Source of the DNA: an uncultured Candidatus Saccharibacteria bacterium
GTDB lineage: Bacteria; Patescibacteriota; Minisyncoccia; Phycocordibacterales; UBA5272
Direction of reading: 5' to 3'
Assembly: GCA_964517625.1 (NCBI GenBank)
Contig: CAZFBW010000004.1
Location: 1-63,819 of the forward strand
DNA length: 63,819 nucleotides
How positions within the stretch are numbered: position 1 is the first letter of the stretch; each line of letters opens with the position of its first letter. A program made the translations under genes and the position numbers. The notes under the pieces were generated by a model. It was not told the origin of the DNA and made no database searches. It worked only from the letters and a program-made list of their open reading frames with translations. Shown in pieces: positions 6,964 to 13,921 of this stretch.

Positions 6964-7000
6964 AAAAGAAAAATATCCCTTTGTGGGATATTTTTCTTTT
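6964..7000. terminator. Bidirectional terminator hairpin after tRNA-Lys
   Basis: Perfect 16-bp stem AAAAGAAAAATATCCC / GGGATATTTTTCTTTT with loop TTTGT. Confidence 0.8.
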
Positions 7001-7008
7001 TACCGTAT

Positions 7009-7102
7009 CCAGAAGGGATCGAACCTTGGCGCCTATTTTTAAGGAACGAAGTGACTATAAAAATAGTGCGTCTCGACCAAAGGGAGAGGCGGTCCCTTCT
7101 GG
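7009..7102. other. tRNA-linked structured element, copy 2
   Basis: Closing stem CCAGAAGGGA (7009-7018) / TCCCTTCTGG (7093-7102). Inner stem 7030-7041 / 7058-7070 has a bulge at the same position and a 16-nt loop, as in copy 1. Hairpin TCTC..GAGA at 7071-7087. Positions 7009-7027 are a 19-nt perfect antisense of the tRNA-Lys T arm/acceptor (6936-6954). Confidence 0.55.
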
Positions 7103-7129
7103 TCCCCAAATCGTGCTAACATTAAAAAC

Positions 7130-7675
7130 ATGAAACCCCATAGGCCATACACTCTAGAAGAATACAATCCACAATGGAAAGAAACTTTTAAAGAAGTCTC
7201 GAGTAGAGTAAAAAATATTTTAGGAGATATAGCTCTTGAAATAGAACATATTGGTAGCACTTCAATTGAGGGGATGGTTGCAAAACCACAAATAGATATT
7301 TTGGTTGTTGTAAAAGATTTAGATTTAGTCAAAACCAAACACCAAGAAATGGTTACTGCGGGTTTTGCTCATCACGGCAGAGGATACGTCAACGAAGATG
7401 ATGATTACTTTAGTTTAGACACACCTGAAGGGGTGAGGGTTGCGAGTGTTCATATCTTACAAAATGGAAATCCGAAGATATCCCACTACAAAATATTTAG
7501 AGATTATTTAAAAGAGCATCCTGAAGAAAGAGATTTATATATTAAAGCAAAAAAAGATTTGTACTCAAAACATAGCGATAACTACGGTGATTATAATAGT
7601 AATAAAAGTGATGTGGTTCTTGCTATTAAAGAAAGGGCTGTAAATTGGTTTAATAAACAAGAGACAAATAAATAG
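7130..7675 (+). CDS. GrpB family protein (nucleotidyltransferase-fold, UPF0157)
   Basis: Y...W...F......I...L......IEHIGSTS..G..AKP.IDI.V.V....... and H.H........F.DYL..HP.....Y...K are the GrpB pattern. Confidence 0.75.
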   Translation: MKPHRPYTLEEYNPQWKETFKEVSSRVKNILGDIALEIEHIGSTSIEGMVAKPQIDILVVVKDLDLVKTKHQEMVTAGFAHHGRGYVNEDDDYFSLDTPEGVRVASVHILQNGNPKISHYKIFRDYLKEHPEERDLYIKAKKDLYSKHSDNYGDYNSNKSDVVLAIKERAVNWFNKQETNK

Positions 7676-7692
7676 GTTTATTTTTATCCTAA

Positions 7693-7737
7693 CTAGACCT
7701 CCAAAACAATCTCCTCCAACGTATCTTTCAAACTTGA
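7693..7737 (-). pseudogene. Relic 3' end (last 14 codons plus stop) of a paralogue of the gene at 9893-10525
   Basis: The minus strand reads SSLKDTLEEIVLEV-stop, versus GNLKDRLEEIILEV-stop at the end of ORF 9893-10525. Nucleotide identity is 35/39 (7697-7735 versus 9897-9935), with the stop codon at the equivalent position. Confidence 0.6.
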
Positions 7738-7743
7738 AAACAA

Positions 7744-7765
7744 AAAGCGACCGAATGGTCGCTTT
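7744..7765 (-). terminator. Terminator of the prolyl oligopeptidase gene
   Basis: AAAGCGACC / GGTCGCTTT stem with loop GAAT and a T-run on the minus strand. Confidence 0.7.
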
Positions 7766-7770
7766 GAAAT

Positions 7771-9807
7771 TTAATGAACTACACCCAACTGTTCGAAAAT
7801 GAAACTCCACACATCAGCAAGCTTCTTTACCGTCTTGGAGACGGCGTTTGCTCCACCGTGTCCAGCACCCAGTTCAACACGAAGAAGAATCGGATTATCT
7901 GATACGTTCGCCTGTTTGAGACGAGCAGTCATTTTATACGAATGCATCGGATGCACTCGATCATCACTGTCTGCTGTAACAATGAAGACAGCTGGGTATT
8001 TCTCTCCGTCTCGCACGTTGTGATACGGGCTATAACGAAGTAGATACTCCATCATTTCCTCATCGTCTGGATTTCCATAATCCGGAATCCAGTGAGCTCC
8101 TCCGAAGAAGAGATGAAACCTAAGCATGTCCGTCACCGGCACGTCAGCAATCGCCACCTTAACCAGGTTCGGGTGCTGTGTGATTGTCGCCATAGTGAGA
8201 AGTCCGCCATTGCTTCCTCCCCAAACGGCAACTTTGTTGCTATTTGTATACCCGGTAGCAATCAAGTGTTCAACTGCTGAAGCAAAATCATCAAACACAT
8301 TCTGTTTATTCTTCTGCATACCCGCTTCGTGCCACGCCTGGCCAAACTCGCCACCACCTCGAATATTTGCAATCGCATAGACACCACCTTGTTTCAGAAA
8401 AGGAATTACTCCTCTTAAGAAGTATGGCGTAATGCTTATGTCGAAACCTCCATATCCGTAAAGAACGGTTGGATTATTTCCATCTAGTGTGATGTCTTTA
8501 CGGTGTACAAGAAACATTGGAATCTTCGTGCCATCCTTCGACGAATACCAGACCTGCTTCGTCTCCAAATCCTCCACGGAACTCAAACTTCCCTCTTTGG
8601 CAAAAACAGAAGTGTTTCCTGTTGAGAGGTCAAGTCGACACGCCATGAACGGGTACGTAAACGATTCGAATGAAAAGAACAACTCCTTCCCTTCGTCTTC
8701 GCACCGAAGTGCTTCAACATAACCAAGGGTTGGCAGAGGTACCTCACGAAGGAAGGTGCCATCCAGATCATACTGTTTAATAACAGAGGACACGTTTTCA
8801 AGATAGCTGGCGAAAATATTATCTCCAACACAGACTACTTGCTCCAACATGTTCTCCGTCTCAGGAAGAATAAATTCTGTACTGACACCACCTTGCAAAA
8901 TATCCTTGATGTCCATGCGCACCAGACGCCACCGAGGTGCATCCTCATTTGTCCTGATGTATAGTTTGTCTCGGTGAATAAAACCAAAACAACTTGCACC
9001 AAGCTTTGTAGAGACCGCAAGGACAAATCCTTCTTCGTTGTCAGAAAGGTCCTTCAGATACACCGTTGACTGTTCCCTGCCAAGTAATTCGTCCTGACTT
9101 TCAACGTTGACAAGCACGTAGCGACCGCTGGCATCAGCAATAACCCACGGCCAATCTTCTTTCTGCAAAGACCCCCCGAAAACAAGCTCGTCCTGTGCAG
9201 GGTCACTACCAATTGTGTGGTAAAACACACGACGGTACAGTTTAGATTCAGGGCTTCCTTCCTCTGCAACAACGTATGGATCTCGCCTGATATACCAGAA
9301 CCCGCTTGCATCCGCAGACCATGCACACAGGTGCGGATAGGAGTCATCCAGAATCACATCGGGCAAATCGGTCGCGGTTGCAACATCCATGACCCGAATT
9401 TCGCTCTTGTCGTTTCCTTTTCTTGAAATCTCGTACATGAGCAGTTTACCGTCAGGAGACGCCAACCACCCGCCAAGCGTCGTTGTTTTGTCCACTGAGA
9501 GCGTGTTCGAATCAACGAGAACTCTTGCCTTCCCCGTAAGTCCTTCTTGAACGAACAACTTACCAAGCTCTTCTCCTGCTTCCTTTTTTCTGAAGAAGTA
9601 GTTTGACCCACGCGGTTCCGGCACTCCGAATTCATCAGTCCCGAAAAAAGTTTCGAAACGAGTTTTTAACTCGTCGCGCCACACACATTTCTTGAGATGT
9701 GTTTCGGTTTCATTGGCTTGTTCTTGAAGCCATGCCTGCACTTCTGGCTGAGCGTTTTTTTCGAAATGGCGGAAAGAGTCTAGCACCACGGTTTCTCCGT
9801 TGTTCAT
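7771..9807 (-). CDS. Prolyl oligopeptidase family serine peptidase (S9A)
   Basis: 678 aa with an N-terminal beta-propeller region and a C-terminal alpha/beta hydrolase. Nucleophile motif GGSNGGLL, then DDRV and GHGG. Confidence 0.85.
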   Translation of the reverse strand: MNNGETVVLDSFRHFEKNAQPEVQAWLQEQANETETHLKKCVWRDELKTRFETFFGTDEFGVPEPRGSNYFFRKKEAGEELGKLFVQEGLTGKARVLVDSNTLSVDKTTTLGGWLASPDGKLLMYEISRKGNDKSEIRVMDVATATDLPDVILDDSYPHLCAWSADASGFWYIRRDPYVVAEEGSPESKLYRRVFYHTIGSDPAQDELVFGGSLQKEDWPWVIADASGRYVLVNVESQDELLGREQSTVYLKDLSDNEEGFVLAVSTKLGASCFGFIHRDKLYIRTNEDAPRWRLVRMDIKDILQGGVSTEFILPETENMLEQVVCVGDNIFASYLENVSSVIKQYDLDGTFLREVPLPTLGYVEALRCEDEGKELFFSFESFTYPFMACRLDLSTGNTSVFAKEGSLSSVEDLETKQVWYSSKDGTKIPMFLVHRKDITLDGNNPTVLYGYGGFDISITPYFLRGVIPFLKQGGVYAIANIRGGGEFGQAWHEAGMQKNKQNVFDDFASAVEHLIATGYTNSNKVAVWGGSNGGLLTMATITQHPNLVKVAIADVPVTDMLRFHLFFGGAHWIPDYGNPDDEEMMEYLLRYSPYHNVRDGEKYPAVFIVTADSDDRVHPMHSYKMTARLKQANVSDNPILLRVELGAGHGGANAVSKTVKKLADVWSFIFEQLGVVH

Positions 9808-9892
9808 TTCTATCTCCTTATAGAGGGTTCATTTTCAATACTACCGTCCAAGGTATATACAACCAGAATCGAGCCTCCTTGTCAAAACAAAC

Positions 9893-10525
9893 TTACACCT
9901 CCAAAATAATCTCCTCCAACCTGTCTTTCAAATTTCCATTCCCGCGATAACTCTCCATCGTCGCGCGCATAATTTTTCCTCCGAAATATTCGCACTCTTC
10001 TTTTGTAAACTTTGTCGGTTTTCCGTTTAAGGTGTCTTCCCAAATCGTTTTCATTTTCCACCAAAGTGCCCCGTGAATCATTTCTACTGGTTCTGACACG
10101 TCTTTTATTTTCATCCATTCAATAAACGCTTGTTTCTTTTCGCGCTTACCAAACGCATTACACATTGGAAAAGGACTCGCCTCACCCGGACCTTCTTCTC
10201 TACAGTCAAAAAGTTTCTCAGAAAATTTCTCCAACTTTTTCAAACGATTTGCGTCTGCAAATGGTTCATCAATAATAAAAATATTTCCAGAATCTTTCAT
10301 CTGCGCAAGGAGGTCTGTCACCTCTTCACGCGAACTTGCCACCTCAAATGTCTGCGACAACACCACAACCACCTTTTCACCAAACAAGCTCGTCGCGTCC
10401 ACAAGTGGTCGCAGTCCAGCAATCTGTTCACTGTAAATGTGCGCTGTTGGAATCCCTAAATCACCCACCTTTTCCTGTGCCTTTTCGCGCTTCTCTTTAT
10501 TCGTGCCGACAATTGCGTATATCAT
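9893..10525 (-). CDS. Hypothetical protein, possibly a DNA polymerase III delta (HolA)-like clamp-loader subunit
   Basis: Starts MIYAIVGTN. Resemblance to short HolA proteins is weak. Start set at 10525 to avoid overlapping the upstream GNAT gene. Confidence 0.3.
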   Translation of the reverse strand: MIYAIVGTNKEKREKAQEKVGDLGIPTAHIYSEQIAGLRPLVDATSLFGEKVVVVLSQTFEVASSREEVTDLLAQMKDSGNIFIIDEPFADANRLKKLEKFSEKLFDCREEGPGEASPFPMCNAFGKREKKQAFIEWMKIKDVSEPVEMIHGALWWKMKTIWEDTLNGKPTKFTKEECEYFGGKIMRATMESYRGNGNLKDRLEEIILEV

Positions 10526-10532
10526 AAATAAG

Positions 10533-11039
10533 TTACAACAAACACTCCCTAAACAAAACTTTGAAAGCACTTCCTTCTTTTGTTTCTTCTTTAATTAGTT
10601 TAAAACCCCTTTTTTCATATAAAATCTGAGCCGTTGCTTCGTTTGGGTCATCTGAGGTATACAACTTCATAACCTTATACCCCTTCATTTTAACTTCATT
10701 CATTGTCCATTCCAATATTTCCCTTCCCAATCCTTTACCTCTTTCTTTTGGGTCAAGACAATACCACCCCAGCCACACAACATCTTTTTCACCTATAACT
10801 TCTGTATACCATCCCGTGACACCAATTATTTTTTCTGATGGAGCATTTTTTACTACAAAGTATTCTAATGTTTTTATGTTATGCCTATTAATAAAATCCT
10901 GATGCCCCTCTTTATCCAGACTTGCTTTATACGCTTCTTCTGGACTGTCTGGTCCAGCGGAATCGCTTGGAAAAACGAAGCGGACCAAAGCGGTGGCTTC
11001 TTCTATATTTTCCTGTGAAAGTGGTGAGTAGGTGAGCAT
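10533..11039 (-). CDS. GNAT family N-acetyltransferase
   Basis: Acetyl-CoA binding motif RGKGLGREILEW and a typical GNAT length of 168 aa. Confidence 0.8.
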   Translation of the reverse strand: MLTYSPLSQENIEEATALVRFVFPSDSAGPDSPEEAYKASLDKEGHQDFINRHNIKTLEYFVVKNAPSEKIIGVTGWYTEVIGEKDVVWLGWYCLDPKERGKGLGREILEWTMNEVKMKGYKVMKLYTSDDPNEATAQILYEKRGFKLIKEETKEGSAFKVLFRECLL

Positions 11040-11050
11040 TTTTTTAAAAA

Positions 11051-13381
11051 TTAAAGGCTTTGAAGATTCGCCCCAAGTGTGCGGGATGCCTTAATTGGAA
11101 GTTTGGTAAGATTTCTTTTTGCTAAAACATTTTCCAAAACAAGCACAAGTTCATCAGCAACTTGTTCGGCAACTTTTTCATCTAATTCAAACACAAGCTC
11201 GTCGTGAATTTGAAGTGAAAGTTTCACCTTGTCTTGTAGTTTATGTTTTACAATGTATTCATGTGCATCTAAAATCGCAAGCTTAATGATGTCTGCACTT
11301 GTTCCTTGAATCGGTGCGTTAAGTGCGATACGTTCTCCTTGTGCACGCAAAAAAGGAAGAGGGCTTTTCAAAAGTGGAACCTCGCGCCTACGCCCCAAAA
11401 GGGTTTCTGTGTACCCTTTCTTCCAGGCGGACGCTTTCACTTCTTCCAAATACTCCATCAGTCGCACAAACGTTGCCTTGTACTGGTCATAAAATTCTTG
11501 TGCCTCTTTTCGTTCAACACCCATCCCCTCTTTAAGCGAAGTTACTCCCATGCCGTACAAAATACCGAAGTTAATTGCTTTTGCTTTTCGGCGCATATCT
11601 GGTGTCACATCTTCTTCTTTCACACGAAATACCCGCGCAGCGGTTCCAGTGTGCACATCAATTCCTTTTTCAAAAATCTCTACCAGGTTTTTATCGCCTG
11701 ACAAAATCGCTGCCGCTCGCAAATCAATTTGCGCATAGTCACACGACAAAAGAACTTTTCCTTTGTCCGCCACAAACGCTTCACGCACTTTCTGCCCAAG
11801 CTCGCTTTTAATTGGCAGGTTCTGCAAATTCGGATCTTCACAACTAAACCTACCCGTGCCCGCTCCTGTTTGCACGAAATGTGCGTGGATGCGACCATCG
11901 TCTTTTACAAAAGTGGGGAGTGTGTCGACATAGGTTGAAAGGAGCTTGGTCACTTCGCGATACTCCATAATTTTTACCACAACTGGGTGTTCATCTTTTA
12001 TTTTTTCAAGCTCGGAAATGTTGGTGCTCTTTGCCCCAGTGGACGTCTTTCTGATTTTTGTTCCAAGACCTAGTTTTTCGTAAAGCACTTCGCCTAATTG
12101 TTTAGGGGAAGCGATGTTAAATTCCACACCAGAAAGTTTGTGAATTTCTTTTTCAAGTCGCGCCACACTTTCGTGAAGTTGTTTACTCAACACTTTCAAT
12201 TTTTGTACATCAAGCTTAATTCCGTTTACTTCCATTTCCTTAATAATGTCGATGAGAGGTTCCTCCACTTCTTCGTAAAGTTTGTATAGCTCTTCCTGTT
12301 TAAGTTCCGCAACTAATTTTTCTTTTATTTTTTCATGTGTTGTTTCTCCAGTTAATCCTTGCATGTCTAAAAGTGTCGGTTTGGTCATTTCACTGTGAAG
12401 CAAATTTGTCATTACTTGAAGTTCTTCTAATTGGCGAACAGAAAGTGTTTCCGTGTCTTCTGCTACGACACGCTCTTTTGGAAACTTATTACGAAGCACG
12501 CGGAACTCAAATTCATTGCACACATCATCGTAATCGTTTACATGAATACTATCTAACCAATATTTTTCTGGAAGCTTAAAATCAATCGGCGCATCTTTTC
12601 GTATGGTCGCAAGTGTTTTCGAAAAAAGTGCCTCCTCTTCCCCTTCTTCTAAAAGTTTTACCATTCTTTCTTTAAATCCTTTTTCCAAAAAAATGTTTCT
12701 ATCTTTCCTCAACACTTTGTACAAGTTTTCAATCGTCCCAAATTCTTTAATAAGCGCGGTTGCTGTTTTTTCTCCAATACCGGCAATGCCCATAATATTA
12801 TCTGATGGATCACCTGCTAATCCTTTATAGTCAGGAATTTGTTCTGGCGTAAACGAGTAGCGTTTGATGACACCTTCTCTGTCATACAACACTGCGTCGT
12901 TTCCTTTTTTTAAGGTGTAGACTTGTACCTTTTTGTCATCAACAAGCTGAAGTGTGTCCATGTCGCCACTTGCAATAATAATATTCAAATCCTTGTTCTT
13001 TTTTTCCATTTCACAAATAGTGCCGAGTAAGTCGTCCGCCTCAAACCCTTCGCAGGAGTACACCGGCACATGGAGTCGCTCACAAATAGATGGTGCAATT
13101 TTTAATTGCTCAACAAGTCCATCTTCTGCTTTCACTCTTCCTGCTTTGTAGCCATCATAGCTTGTATGACGAAAAGTTGGTTTTGGTAAATCAAAACATG
13201 CCACAATGTACTCTGGTTTAAACTCAAGTTCTAATTTAAGAATCATAGACACAAGTCCATAGATTGCACCTGTGGGCCGTCCATCACGTGTCGCAAAGCC
13301 TTGCATCGCGTGGTACGAACGATGGAGCACCGCGTGAGCGTCAATCAAAACAAGCGTCTTGGTGTTAGTTGTTTTTTTCAT
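11051..13381 (-). CDS. polA: DNA polymerase I (5'-3' exonuclease plus polymerase domains)
   Basis: N-terminal FEN/PIN-like region (LIDAHAVLHRSYHA), motif A DYAQIDLR, motif B RRKAKAINFGILYG, motif C QIHDELVFE. Confidence 0.9.
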   Translation of the reverse strand: MKKTTNTKTLVLIDAHAVLHRSYHAMQGFATRDGRPTGAIYGLVSMILKLELEFKPEYIVACFDLPKPTFRHTSYDGYKAGRVKAEDGLVEQLKIAPSICERLHVPVYSCEGFEADDLLGTICEMEKKNKDLNIIIASGDMDTLQLVDDKKVQVYTLKKGNDAVLYDREGVIKRYSFTPEQIPDYKGLAGDPSDNIMGIAGIGEKTATALIKEFGTIENLYKVLRKDRNIFLEKGFKERMVKLLEEGEEEALFSKTLATIRKDAPIDFKLPEKYWLDSIHVNDYDDVCNEFEFRVLRNKFPKERVVAEDTETLSVRQLEELQVMTNLLHSEMTKPTLLDMQGLTGETTHEKIKEKLVAELKQEELYKLYEEVEEPLIDIIKEMEVNGIKLDVQKLKVLSKQLHESVARLEKEIHKLSGVEFNIASPKQLGEVLYEKLGLGTKIRKTSTGAKSTNISELEKIKDEHPVVVKIMEYREVTKLLSTYVDTLPTFVKDDGRIHAHFVQTGAGTGRFSCEDPNLQNLPIKSELGQKVREAFVADKGKVLLSCDYAQIDLRAAAILSGDKNLVEIFEKGIDVHTGTAARVFRVKEEDVTPDMRRKAKAINFGILYGMGVTSLKEGMGVERKEAQEFYDQYKATFVRLMEYLEEVKASAWKKGYTETLLGRRREVPLLKSPLPFLRAQGERIALNAPIQGTSADIIKLAILDAHEYIVKHKLQDKVKLSLQIHDELVFELDEKVAEQVADELVLVLENVLAKRNLTKLPIKASRTLGANLQSL

Positions 13382-13814
13382 AGTGAATGGTCACATCACG
13401 TGTGTCGTCGTCAAGCACATCAAATGAAACCACTGCATCGTGAGGAATTTCATCCATCTTGCTTGGCCACTCAACCAAAACGATTGTGTGTGGGTCGCTC
13501 ATGTCATCTTCCAAACGAAGTGCTTTCGCTTCTTTTGGATCATTGAATCGGTAGGCATCCACATGAACAAGTTTTTTATATGTTGCATGCGGAGCAATGT
13601 ATGACTTCTTCAAAATAAATGTTGGGCTGTGCACGTAATCGGTAACACCAAGCTCACGAGCAAGTGCTTGCGTAAAGGTTGTTTTACCGGAGCCCAAATC
13701 ACCTTCCAGAAGCACCACGGATGCCTTCCGGTGCGAATACGACCCCACATGGTGCAAGACTTTTTTAGCAATTGCTTGTAAGTCTTCTTCAGCAACAACA
13801 GCATGTTCTTTCAT
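13365..13814 (-). CDS. tsaE: tRNA t6A37 biosynthesis ATPase TsaE
   Basis: P-loop GDLGSGKTTFTQALAREL plus SPTF and YR motifs. Start set at 13814 because the longer ORF begins inside the upstream terminator hairpin. Overlaps the polA start by 17 nt. Confidence 0.85.
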   Translation of the reverse strand: MKEHAVVAEEDLQAIAKKVLHHVGSYSHRKASVVLLEGDLGSGKTTFTQALARELGVTDYVHSPTFILKKSYIAPHATYKKLVHVDAYRFNDPKEAKALRLEDDMSDPHTIVLVEWPSKMDEIPHDAVVSFDVLDDDTRDVTIHYEKNN

Positions 13815-13831
13815 GGGTGTATAATAACACA

Positions 13832-13860
13832 AAACCGGCACGCTTTTCGCGTGCCGGTTT
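13832..13860 (-). terminator. Terminator of the large surface-protein gene
   Basis: AAACCGGCACGC / GCGTGCCGGTTT stem with a T-run on the minus strand. Confidence 0.75.
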
Positions 13861-13921
13861 TGTGTTTTTTTTAATTATTTTATGGCGACCGCATCACATA
13901 AGGCGGGTAATACAGGTCGTT

